Shown piece by piece: positions 1 through 8,913 of a stretch of 64,000 bases of DNA. The notes below the pieces were generated by a model. It saw only the letters and a program-made list of their open reading frames with translations, had not been told where the DNA came from and ran no database searches. The position numbers and the translations under genes are program-made. Origin of the DNA: Nibricoccus sp. (GTDB lineage Bacteria; Verrucomicrobiota; Verrucomicrobiia; Opitutales; Opitutaceae); the NCBI GenBank assembly GCA_047602425.1, contig JASGHG010000001.1, positions 1,600,001 through 1,664,000 on the forward strand. Reading direction: 5' to 3'. The first letter of the stretch is position 1. Every line of letters begins with the position of its first letter.

Positions 1-690
1 GTTGCCAGGCAGCGCAAGGCCGAGCGCTTCGCAGAGGCAGTTCATGGAGTTGGCCGTGAACATACCTGAGCAAGAGCCGCAGGTCGGGCAGGCGCTTTGC
101 TCCATTTTCAGGAGCTCTTCCGGCGTGATGTTGCCGGTTTGAAGCGCACCCACGCCTTTGAAAACCGTGATCAAATCGCTCTTTTGGTCCGCCGGTCGCA
201 AATGTTCAGGCAGCTCGCTTGATGTATCCGTATGGGCAATACCAGCGGCCATCGGACCACCGGAAACGAAGACCGTTGGAATGTTCACCCGCAATGCGCC
301 CATCATCATGCCCGGGACGATCTTGTCGCAGTTGGGAATGCAAACCATGCCGTCGAAACAATGGGCGCGCAGCATCGTCTCGACGCTGTCAGCAATCAGC
401 TCGCGCGAAGGCAATGAGTACTTCATGCCCGAGTGACCCATGGCGATACCATCGTCGACGCCGATGGTATTGAAGATGAAAGGCACTCCACCCGCTTCGC
501 GGACCAGACGTTTCACCAACTGCCCGATTTCGTTGAGATGCGCGTGACCGGGAATGCAGTCGATGTAACTGTTGCAGATGGCAATGAACGGCTTGTTAAA
601 GTCCTCCTCGGATTCGATCACGCCGGTGGCGCGAAGCAAACTCCGGTGCGGAGCACGTTCAAAACCCTTCTTGATAGTGTCAGAGCGCAT
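1..690 (-). CDS. ilvD: Dihydroxy-acid dehydratase, N-terminal part (runs off the window start)
   Basis: Manual translation from ATG at 690: [23 protein letters not shown]...[28 protein letters not shown]...NCDKIVPG...[19 protein letters not shown]; classic IlvD motifs. Not in the ORF track because it is open at the edge. Confidence 0.97.
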   Translation of the reverse strand, partial: MRSDTIKKGFERAPHRSLLRATGVIESEEDFNKPFIAICNSYIDCIPGHAHLNEIGQLVKRLVREAGGVPFIFNTIGVDDGIAMGHSGMKYSLPSRELIADSVETMLRAHCFDGMVCIPNCDKIVPGMMMGALRVNIPTVFVSGGPMAAGIAHTDTSSELPEHLRPADQKSDLITVFKGVGALQTGNITPEELLKMEQSACPTCGSCSGMFTANSMNCLCEALGLALPGN

Positions 691-853
691 GATGGTAAAA
701 ATGGAAAAGGGAAGAACGTAGTAACTCCATCCACTTTTGCCACAACGGAAAATCAGAGCGTTTTTCGCCTTAACTTTTCCCGAATCGAGCGCATCAGGCG
801 GATCATCTCCGTGCCTCTTCTTGTCCCGGCTTCAAAAATTGTCTGCCGAAGGA

Positions 854-1465
854 CTAATCCTTTTCGCGAGCACGTGCCATTATTTGTACAACCGCGGAAT
901 GCCCCGAGTGGCTCGTGCCCTCGATCACCTCGCGCTCCAATTCGCGCGCAACGAGCAGCTCCAGACCGGTGAGTTCTTCGCGCAACGCGGACAAAGTCGG
1001 GAGCAATGCCACATCCTTCGGTCCGCCCGTGCCGAAAGCAAGTTGCGCGGGGGTGTACGCTTCCAAAATAAAAATTCCTCCCGGCGCAAGTCCGCGCACC
1101 GCCCCCGCGTATACACGTCGACGAAGCTCGGGCGGCAGATGACAGAAAATCGAAACGATGCCCGACCAGCGTCCCGGCGCGATTTTGTAGTTCGCCAAAT
1201 CCGCCACCTGCGTCGTCACGGTGACACCGCGCGTCTCCGCAAGACGGCGCGCCTTGGCGAGGCCAACCTCGGACTGATCGACCGCGGTAACAGAGTGCCC
1301 GAGAGTCGCCAAATGAACCGCATTTCGCCCTTCGCCCTCTCCAAGGCAAAGCACCGGACCCGCCGGAATCTTCCCGGCCATTTCCGCAAGGAAAAGGTTC
1401 GGCTCGGTACCAAAAACAAAACCTTCGTTCCCGGCGTAACGGTCATTCCAAAATGAAGCTTCCAT
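854..1465 (-). CDS. Class I SAM-dependent methyltransferase (TehB-like)
   Basis: FWNDRY...FGTEPN, SAM motif VLCLGEGEGRNA, VTAVDQS, LAPGG. Start set at ATG 1465. Confidence 0.88.
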   Translation of the reverse strand: MEASFWNDRYAGNEGFVFGTEPNLFLAEMAGKIPAGPVLCLGEGEGRNAVHLATLGHSVTAVDQSEVGLAKARRLAETRGVTVTTQVADLANYKIAPGRWSGIVSIFCHLPPELRRRVYAGAVRGLAPGGIFILEAYTPAQLAFGTGGPKDVALLPTLSALREELTGLELLVARELEREVIEGTSHSGHSAVVQIMARAREKD

Positions 1466-1477
1466 CGCGGGCAAAGT

Positions 1478-1858
1478 TCAGGGTTTTCTCACGGGCAGGC
1501 CGGCGGATTGCCACGCCGCAAAAGCGCCGACATTTTCGGTCTTAAAACCTTCCTTCGCGAGAAACGACGCGACCTGGCCGGAGCGATTTCCCGAACGACA
1601 CATCAATAACAATGTCTTGTCCCGGTTTTTTTCGAGAAAGGGTTTCCATTGCGTGCGTGCGCCACGCAGATCGCTCATCGCAAGAAGCACCGCCGGCTCG
1701 GCCACGCCGGTTTCGGCCCATTCGTCCGCCTCGCGTACGTCGACGAGGAGGACATCGGGATTTTTCAAACGCGTAGCGATGGCCGCAGGTTCGGGAAAAC
1801 CAGCTCCGTAGGATGCAAGGGAAGTCATGATCAAAAACAAGAGAACTCGAAAAAACAT
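1478..1858 (-). CDS. Rhodanese-domain sulfurtransferase with signal-peptide-like N-terminus
   Basis: LVDVREADEW and active-site loop CRSGNRS, C-terminal WQSAGLP; hydrophobic N-terminus MFFRVLLFLIMTSLASYGA. Confidence 0.88.
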   Translation of the reverse strand: MFFRVLLFLIMTSLASYGAGFPEPAAIATRLKNPDVLLVDVREADEWAETGVAEPAVLLAMSDLRGARTQWKPFLEKNRDKTLLLMCRSGNRSGQVASFLAKEGFKTENVGAFAAWQSAGLPVRKP

Positions 1859-1875
1859 TTCCGCAATGTCGGTAG

Positions 1876-2271
1876 CTATTTGGTTGGCAGGCCGGCGGAT
1901 TGCCAACGGCGGTAACCACCCAGGTTGGCCACACGATAGCCTTCTTTCTTCAAGATGCCAGCCGCCGTGCCCGAACGCAGGCCTGACGCACAATACAGGA
2001 TAACAAGCTTATCTTTGTTCTGCAGGAGGTATGGTTTCCATTCGCGGCGCTCACCTTGCAGATCGCTCAGCGAGAGCAAGGCAGCTGGTGCCGCGGCACC
2101 ATTGGCCCATTCGGATGGTTCCAGTACATCGACCAGGATGGCGGAACCGGCGGCGATTTGCGCGGCGGCATCGCCTGGCGCGATGCGCGATCCACCCAGA
2201 ATGAGCGGGCGCAACAAGAAGAAGGCACTCGCGACAAGGAGGCTGTAGAAGAAAATTTGTCCGATGGTCAT
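1876..2271 (-). CDS. Membrane-anchored rhodanese-domain protein
   Basis: Start [13 protein letters not shown] overlaps the RND stop (ATGA); [33 protein letters not shown]. Confidence 0.88.
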   Translation of the reverse strand: MTIGQIFFYSLLVASAFFLLRPLILGGSRIAPGDAAAQIAAGSAILVDVLEPSEWANGAAAPAALLSLSDLQGERREWKPYLLQNKDKLVILYCASGLRSGTAAGILKKEGYRVANLGGYRRWQSAGLPTK

Positions 2272-5200
2272 GAAAGCGGTCCGGTTTTGGAATGGTTTTG
2301 ATTGGCCATGAAATACAGCACGGGCACGGCCATGCGACTGATGAAAAGCGAAGCGATTTCGCCAAACATCAGACTGATCGCAAGACCCTGAAAAATGGGA
2401 TCGGCCAGAATCACGCTCGCGCCCACCACGACAGCGAGGGCGGTGAGCAGCATGGGACGAAATCGCACCGCACCAGCTTCGACCACGGCTTCGCGCAGCG
2501 GCAGGCCGTGCGCGCGGCGCAACTCGATGAAATCGACGAGAATGATGGAATTTCTCACGACAATGCCCGCACCGGCCATAAAACCGATCATTGAGGTCGC
2601 GGTGAAAAAAGCACCCATCGCCCAATGAGCCGGCAAAATTCCAATCAACGAAAACGGTATCGCCGCCATCACTACAAGCGGTGTCACGTAACTCCGGAAC
2701 CAACCAACCATGAGCATGGCAATGAGCACGAGCACCACGGCGAACGCGAGGCCGAGGTCGCGGAAAACTTCGAGCGTGATGTGCCATTCGCCGTCCCATT
2801 TCATCGCAGGCTCCGTGCTGTTGAAGGGCAGCGTGAAATTGAGCACGTTCAGTTTCGCATCGATGCCGCCGAATTCGCGCGCATCGATCTTCGCGATTTC
2901 ACGGTTCATCGAGAAAAGCGCGTAGGCCGGACTTTCAACCATACCCGCGACATCTGCCGTGACGTAGGTGACGGGCTTCAGGTTTTTGCGGTACAGATTG
3001 CGCTCGCCCGTGGTGCGTTCGATCCGGACGAGTTCGCTCAATGGAAGAGAAGGCGCAGAAGCATCGCGTTCGGAACGCACGCGCAACATCAGCAACGACT
3101 CGGGTTGCGAGCGGGCGGAAGCGGGCAACTCGAAAACGATATTCACATCCTCGCGCTCGCCGGGCAAGTGCAGCAAATCGACCGGCGTGCCTTGCGCGCC
3201 GAGTTGCAAGGTCTGTGCGATCGCTGCGGCGTTGATGCCGTGCAGCGCTGCCTTTTCCTTATCGACTACGTAACGGACTTTCGACTGCTCAGCTTCGACA
3301 TACCAGTCGACATCGACCACGCCGGTGGATTTTTCCATGATATCGCGAATTTTTTTCGCGAGCTTAAGCCGCATCGCTTCGCTTGGACCGTAGATTTCTG
3401 CGACAAGCGTCTGTAACACGGGTGGACCGGGAGGAACTTCGGCCACGGCCACCGAAGCGCCGTATTTCGCCGCAATCGCAGCCACCCGCGGCCGAATGCG
3501 TTTCGCGATCGCATGGCTCTGTTCGGAACGGTCGGCTTTGCCCATGAGATTCACCTGGATGTCGGCGACATTCGGACCGCGACGCATGAAATAATGCCGA
3601 ACTAATCCATTGAAGTTAAACGGAGATGCAGTGCCGGCGTAGATCTGATAGTCGCGGACCTCCGGTTCCGTGCGAATCGCCGCCGCCATTTCTGACGCAA
3701 TGCGCGCGGTCTGCTCCAAAGTCGTTCCTTCCTCGGTATTCAGGATGATCTGAAACTCCGATTTATTATCGAACGGCAGCATCTTGACCTTCACCGCACC
3801 CAAACCGACCAAGCCTATCGCACCCAACAAAAGAAAAACAATGATCCCCAAGAATGCCCAACGCCACCCCGCACGCGTGAGCAACGGATCCATGACCTTG
3901 TGATAAAGCCGTGTCGACCAATCATCCGTAGCATGGCCCTGGTCCTCAGAACCTTTGTCACGTATTACGTGACAACCGTTTTTCTCCTTAACGTCTTGAA
4001 TAAAGACGCCGGTGCGACGTTTTAAAATGCGAATTGCAGCCCAAGGGGTGATCGTAAAAGCAATGCCCAGCGAGAATAACATCGCCGCAGTCGAACCAAT
4101 TGGTATCGGCCGCATATAAGGGCCCATCAGTCCGCCAACAAAGGCCATTGGCAGGATCGCCGCGATCACTGCCCACGTCGCTAGAATCGCGGGATTTCCC
4201 ACCTCATCGACCGCGTCCAACGCGATCTGATTGAGCGGCTTTTTTTCGTTACCCGGCAGGCGCACGTGGCGGACGATGTTTTCCACCACCACGATTGCAT
4301 CGTCCACCAGAATGCCGATGGAAAAAATCAGCGCAAAAAGCGTGATGCGATTGAGCGTGTAACCATAGAGATAAAAAACGAGCAATGTCAGCGCGAGCGT
4401 CGATGGAATGGCGATCAAGACGACCAACGATTCGCGCCAACCGAGAAAAATCAGGATCAGCAATGCCACGCCAAACACCGCGATGCCCATATGTAGGAGG
4501 AGTTCGTTGCTCTTTTCGGCGGCGGTGTGACCGTAGTCGCGCGTGATCGACACCTCGACGCCAGCCGGCAATAACGAACCACGCAACGTATCTACTTTTT
4601 TCAACACGTTATTGACGACGTCGATGGCGTTGGCGCCCGGCCGTTTTGCGAGGCTGATCGTAACCGCCGCCTCGGTGTTCGCCGGCCCATATACGACCCG
4701 ATCTTGTGTCGGTGCCGCTTCGACTCCGCGAATCGGCATGCCCGGAGCGGACGCAAGGTCCTTCTCTGAGCCGACACCGCGACCGTGCAAGACGTAGTCA
4801 GTCGGTTCGGCGGCTCCGTCGACGATTGTCGCCACGTCGCGCAGATAAACCGGCAAATCCTTGAACACACCGATCACGACCGCACCGGCATCCGCGCCAT
4901 CGCGCAGAAACGAGCCGATTTCGAGCAGCGTCTCGCTATTGGCGAAAGGCTGGGAACCGGCCTGCACCTGACGGTTGGCCGCTTGTAGATAAGGAATAAT
5001 TTGGGTTGGTGTAAGCGAGCGCGCCGCGAGCGCAGCCGGATCGAACTGCACGCGCACGGTACGACGTACCCCACCGATCAAGTTCGTTTCTGCGACCTGT
5101 GGGACGGATTTGATTTCGTCGTCCACCTGCGCTGCAAAACGCCGAAGGGCAAGATGATCGTACTTCGCACTGTGCAATGTGAGCGCAAGCACCGGCACAT

Positions 5201-5630
5201 CGTCGATCGAACGCGGTTTGATCATCGGAAAACTTACGCCCGACGGGATGCGGTCGAAATTTGTCTGTAGCTTCTGGTTTAACCGGACTAATGCGCCCTC
5301 TAGATCTGTTCCGACCTTGTAACGCACAATCACCAGGCTGCCGCCCGGGCTCGACGTGGAAAAAAGATATTCAACGCCGGGGATTTCCCACAGGAGTTTC
5401 TCCATCGGCCGTGTAACTCGATTTTCCACCTCGGCTGCGGTGGCGCCGGGCATCGACACGAACACGTCGACCATTGGAACCTTGATTTGCGGTTCCTCTT
5501 CACGCGGCAGCATGAGCACCGCAAAAAGTCCCATCAAAATCGATGCGGCGATAACGATCAGCGTGAGTTTTGAATCGATAAAAAACGCCGCGAGCCGTCC
5601 GGCCATTCCATATTTCCCAGGCTCGCTCAT
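2268..5630 (-). CDS. RND efflux transporter permease subunit (AcrB/CusA superfamily)
   Basis: 1120 aa; [22 protein letters not shown] (TM4), [20 protein letters not shown] motifs. Confidence 0.95.
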   Translation of the reverse strand: MSEPGKYGMAGRLAAFFIDSKLTLIVIAASILMGLFAVLMLPREEEPQIKVPMVDVFVSMPGATAAEVENRVTRPMEKLLWEIPGVEYLFSTSSPGGSLVIVRYKVGTDLEGALVRLNQKLQTNFDRIPSGVSFPMIKPRSIDDVPVLALTLHSAKYDHLALRRFAAQVDDEIKSVPQVAETNLIGGVRRTVRVQFDPAALAARSLTPTQIIPYLQAANRQVQAGSQPFANSETLLEIGSFLRDGADAGAVVIGVFKDLPVYLRDVATIVDGAAEPTDYVLHGRGVGSEKDLASAPGMPIRGVEAAPTQDRVVYGPANTEAAVTISLAKRPGANAIDVVNNVLKKVDTLRGSLLPAGVEVSITRDYGHTAAEKSNELLLHMGIAVFGVALLILIFLGWRESLVVLIAIPSTLALTLLVFYLYGYTLNRITLFALIFSIGILVDDAIVVVENIVRHVRLPGNEKKPLNQIALDAVDEVGNPAILATWAVIAAILPMAFVGGLMGPYMRPIPIGSTAAMLFSLGIAFTITPWAAIRILKRRTGVFIQDVKEKNGCHVIRDKGSEDQGHATDDWSTRLYHKVMDPLLTRAGWRWAFLGIIVFLLLGAIGLVGLGAVKVKMLPFDNKSEFQIILNTEEGTTLEQTARIASEMAAAIRTEPEVRDYQIYAGTASPFNFNGLVRHYFMRRGPNVADIQVNLMGKADRSEQSHAIAKRIRPRVAAIAAKYGASVAVAEVPPGPPVLQTLVAEIYGPSEAMRLKLAKKIRDIMEKSTGVVDVDWYVEAEQSKVRYVVDKEKAALHGINAAAIAQTLQLGAQGTPVDLLHLPGEREDVNIVFELPASARSQPESLLMLRVRSERDASAPSLPLSELVRIERTTGERNLYRKNLKPVTYVTADVAGMVESPAYALFSMNREIAKIDAREFGGIDAKLNVLNFTLPFNSTEPAMKWDGEWHITLEVFRDLGLAFAVVLVLIAMLMVGWFRSYVTPLVVMAAIPFSLIGILPAHWAMGAFFTATSMIGFMAGAGIVVRNSIILVDFIELRRAHGLPLREAVVEAGAVRFRPMLLTALAVVVGASVILADPIFQGLAISLMFGEIASLFISRMAVPVLYFMANQNHSKTGPLS
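3955..3975. repeat. Perfect 21-bp palindrome inside the RND coding sequence (REP-like)
   Basis: TTGTCACGTA-T-TACGTGACAA; encodes CHVIRDK in the loop between the two RND halves. Confidence 0.75.
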
Positions 5631-6646
5631 GGCTGCACCCCCACGGGCTGGCCATCACGCAACATGGCAGCAGGCGCCGCAACGATCCTCTCGCCCGCAT
5701 CGAGACCAGCGAGAACAACGGCTTTTCCGTCGACACGTGTCCCGATTTTTACGAGCCGCAAGCTCAGCTTGCCATCGGAAATCACAAACACCCGCTCCAT
5801 CTGCCCGAACATACTCACGGAGCCAACCGGAATGCGGAGTTTCTTCACTGCGGGACCGGAGAACCTTACGCGTACAAACTGTCCGGACGAAACCTGTGCT
5901 TCTGCGTCGAGATGCAGCTTAACCAGCACCGAACGCGAAGCCACGTCCGCTCCGGCGGCAATTTCCGCCACAGACGCTTTCGCCCATCCTGCCTGCAACT
6001 CGACAGGCAGTTCGTCGCCTAGTTTCACGTTGGCGACGAATGTTTCTGGCACTGCCACCTCGACTTCGAAGCGACCCTCACCTTCCAATGTGAGCAATGC
6101 CTGGCCGGGCAGCGCCAGATCACCCGGATATGCCTGGCGCGCGGCGACACGAGCGTCGAACGGCGCATGGATTTCCGTGTAAGAAAGCATGGCTTCGGCT
6201 TCAGCCAGTGCGGCTTTGGCGGATTGAACTTGTTCGGCACCGCGGCGCACTGCCTCATCGGTGCCGGCTCCGCTCGCAGAAAGCGATTTATCGCGGGCAA
6301 GTTCGCGTTCCGCCTGTTCGAGCTGCGTGCGGGCACGGGAAAATTGCGCCGCATATTCGGGTGCGGAGAGTCGCACAAGCGTCTCGCCCCGTTTTACCCG
6401 CTGTCCGAGACCCCAAGGCAGTTCGCTGATGGTGCCGGAAATTTTGGCTGAAATCACTGCGCGATCGATCGCGCGAACCGTGCCTGGCAACGCGACCGAC
6501 TCCGACTCCTCAACCTGTTCGACCACCGCCGCCGTCACTCGCACCGGCGGACCGGAGGGAGCAGTCGATTTCGCAGCACGACCGCAGCCAGCTAAAAGGC
6601 CTAAAACCAAAAGCATCGCCGGTGACAGGAACTTTGAACCGTTCAT
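5627..6646 (-). CDS. RND periplasmic adaptor (membrane fusion lipoprotein)
   Basis: Lipobox [18 protein letters not shown], coiled coil, [16 protein letters not shown]. An alternative GTG start at 6688 overlaps the DUF2892 stop. Confidence 0.92.
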   Translation of the reverse strand: MNGSKFLSPAMLLVLGLLAGCGRAAKSTAPSGPPVRVTAAVVEQVEESESVALPGTVRAIDRAVISAKISGTISELPWGLGQRVKRGETLVRLSAPEYAAQFSRARTQLEQAERELARDKSLSASGAGTDEAVRRGAEQVQSAKAALAEAEAMLSYTEIHAPFDARVAARQAYPGDLALPGQALLTLEGEGRFEVEVAVPETFVANVKLGDELPVELQAGWAKASVAEIAAGADVASRSVLVKLHLDAEAQVSSGQFVRVRFSGPAVKKLRIPVGSVSMFGQMERVFVISDGKLSLRLVKIGTRVDGKAVVLAGLDAGERIVAAPAAMLRDGQPVGVQP

Positions 6647-6684
6647 CGTGTGATCGAGTTTGAAATTTTCCACGAAACACCGGT

Positions 6685-6915
6685 TCACGCCTGCTTGTGG
6701 CCGTGGCTATTGCAACACGCGCCCTCGCCTTTGGTCAGACCGAGCTTTCGGAAGAGGATTTCCGGCGGACAAAAGCCGGTGAAGGCGGATTGGATCAAGT
6801 TGATCGCGGCAAACACGGCCAGCAACAGCCACCACTCACTCACAAAGTGAGCGAGCGTGACGCTGGTCAGAACCACGGAGCCAGCAAGAATGCGGATAAG
6901 GGATTCAGTCTTCAT
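6685..6915 (-). CDS. DUF2892 / YgaP-like small inner-membrane protein
   Basis: 76 aa, two hydrophobic segments, NLIQSAFTGFCP motif, C-terminal ACC. Confidence 0.85.
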   Translation of the reverse strand: MKTESLIRILAGSVVLTSVTLAHFVSEWWLLLAVFAAINLIQSAFTGFCPPEILFRKLGLTKGEGACCNSHGHKQA

Positions 6916-6934
6916 GAGCGGATTAAAGATTATT

Positions 6935-6972
6935 TATATGAGCATATACTCATATACTTGATATTATGTCAA
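6935..6972. promoter_or_regulatory. Probable ArsR operator overlapping the divergent promoter
   Basis: TATATGAG-N6-CTCATATA perfect 8-bp inverted repeat (6935-6956); minus-strand TTGACA at 6967-6972 facing the efflux operon. Confidence 0.65.
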
Positions 6973-6992
6973 GCTCCTGCTTTCTTTCCGGC

Positions 6993-7337
6993 ATGGCCAA
7001 AGCCCAAAAAATTCGCCCGATGACCGACGAAGCCCTCACATTGGTGGCCCGCCGTTTTGCGGTGTTGAGCGAGCCCATGCGCCTGCGGCTGCTGCACGCG
7101 CTCTTTGACGGCGAAAAACCGGTTAACACTCTCGTTGAAGCCACGGGCGGCACGCAGGCCAACGTTTCACGCCACCTGCAAACGCTCACCGACTCCGGCC
7201 TGCTCACGCGCCGTAAAGAAGGTCTGCAAGTCTTCTACGCCATCGCGGATCCGTCGATTTTCCAGCTCTGCGAACTCGTCTGCGGCAGTCTCGAAAAGCA
7301 GCACGCCGCCCGGGCGGAGATGTTGGGTTCTAGATAA
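6993..7337 (+). CDS. ArsR/SmtB family transcriptional repressor
   Basis: FAVLSEPMRLRLL, QANVSRHLQTL, RRKEGLQVFY winged HTH; CELVC in the last helix. Confidence 0.93.
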   Translation: MAKAQKIRPMTDEALTLVARRFAVLSEPMRLRLLHALFDGEKPVNTLVEATGGTQANVSRHLQTLTDSGLLTRRKEGLQVFYAIADPSIFQLCELVCGSLEKQHAARAEMLGSR

Positions 7338-7431
7338 TGCCCAAAGTGAAACGCGCCGGTACAAGGCGCAATTGCGCGGCAACCGGTGTGACAAGCGTGG
7401 GCTTGGCGTTCTTGCGCTAGCACCTCACCGG

Positions 7432-8112
7432 TTATGCTCGTTTTGGGATGAGCTCACTACGATCAGGATCAATAATCGGAAAGAGCCCAGATTGTGCGTG
7501 TGTCTGAAGCAGCGCCGGACCACCAATCTCTCGCGCAAAAGCCGCCTCTAAATCTGTAACGGCTGCAAGGTGGAAAAACTCAAAACGTCCCGATTCAAGC
7601 TGAACGGAGTCAGGCGTTCCGACCGCTGGCGCAAGAATCAAAAAGGTAAGCTTCGAGTCTCCGACAAGCGGCGCTTTAAGAGGTATGCGATCGTAAACTG
7701 ACAACGTCTCGCGACCGGCGTAACGCCCATGAGCCAACAAAATCTGAAATGCCATTACGTGCAGTAGCCGAAGAATTGCCCACTGTGATTCTGCCACGGT
7801 CTCGAGGATGAATTCACATCCAAGCCCAGAAAAACCCTTCGGGTCGGGCAGGTCAGAATCCCAATCGTTCGACATGCCAGAGGTGACATATAGCCAAGAC
7901 CGCCGTGCCGCGGTCGGTGCAAACTGGAAAACACCATAGTGCAACCAGCGTGGATCAATCGACTCTTGTTTGAAGGTGTCAGCGAGTATCTCGGCATTGA
8001 GAGAATAGATTCCTTTGCTCTCGCGGCCAAACAGTGACGGATAAACTTCTTCTTCTCGGTACGCCCAAACACGCTCGAACCACCCATGCTCTGTGTTGTT
8101 CGCTGCACTCAT
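7432..8112 (-). CDS. Suppressor-of-fused (SUFU) domain protein
   Basis: WLYVTSGMS, GLGCEFIL, GRFEFFHLAAVTDLE pattern typical of bacterial SUFU-like proteins; start ATG 8112. Confidence 0.75.
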   Translation of the reverse strand: MSAANNTEHGWFERVWAYREEEVYPSLFGRESKGIYSLNAEILADTFKQESIDPRWLHYGVFQFAPTAARRSWLYVTSGMSNDWDSDLPDPKGFSGLGCEFILETVAESQWAILRLLHVMAFQILLAHGRYAGRETLSVYDRIPLKAPLVGDSKLTFLILAPAVGTPDSVQLESGRFEFFHLAAVTDLEAAFAREIGGPALLQTHAQSGLFPIIDPDRSELIPKRA

Positions 8113-8123
8113 TTCACCCCAAG

Positions 8124-8729
8124 CTACTTCGCCAAATCGTACAGTGCGTAGCCTGCGAAGAGATTGGGGCGAAACGCGCACGGCGTTTTCCAGTCGCCAC
8201 TGAGCAATGCGCGGCGGACGGCGCGGATCTTTTTCGTAGCGAGAAAATGTTCGAAATCCGCAATGCTCGCCGGATTCGACGGACGACTTTCGAACCACTC
8301 GGTCGTATACACGGCGTTGCGCGGCTTTCGCCCATGCAGCAGCGCCGCGAGTCGGTTTTTCCAATAACCGTGGTTCACGAAACCGACGGTGACGGATTTC
8401 GCCACGCGGAGGGCTTCGTCGATGACCGCCGCCGGATTTTCGACTTCTTCGAGCGTGCGCGAACAGATCACGCGATCGAAATGCCCGGCGGGAAACGATC
8501 GCATAAACGCGAGCATGTCACCCTGGTAGGCAGTGACGCCACGGCGCACGCAAGCGGAGATTTTTTCAAACTGCATGTCCACGCCCACCGCGTAGACGTC
8601 CTTCGTTTGCACGAGCGATTCGAGCAAAACACCACGGCCGCAACCGAGATCGAGCACACGCGACTTGGGTTCGACCCAGTCCGCGATGATCTGCATGTCG
8701 ACGGTGCGTTTGACGGCGGTTTTCTGCAT
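8124..8729 (-). CDS. metW: Methionine biosynthesis protein MetW (methyltransferase fold)
   Basis: IADWVEPKSRVLDLGCGRG, FVNHGYWKNRLAALLHGRKP, WFESRPSN. Confidence 0.85.
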   Translation of the reverse strand: MQKTAVKRTVDMQIIADWVEPKSRVLDLGCGRGVLLESLVQTKDVYAVGVDMQFEKISACVRRGVTAYQGDMLAFMRSFPAGHFDRVICSRTLEEVENPAAVIDEALRVAKSVTVGFVNHGYWKNRLAALLHGRKPRNAVYTTEWFESRPSNPASIADFEHFLATKKIRAVRRALLSGDWKTPCAFRPNLFAGYALYDLAK

Positions 8730-8913
8730 GGTTGGACGCGGCCATTGACATTCAAGCCGCCAGCCGGGTCAAGCGCAGGCAGGATTTTGGAGGCCATAAG
8801 CTGGTTCACTTTACACTGACTGTACGGAAGATTTGGGGAAAATTTGCTTTCTGCCATCCCGACAACCTATACAAAAGCCCGACCGGTTCCTCCGGTAACA
8901 ACCCCTGTCCATC

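Noticed and set aside
158..1456. Plus-strand ORFs at the window start
   Set aside because: Antisense shadows of ilvD and the methyltransferase. The same applies to the many long antisense ORFs across this GC-rich window.
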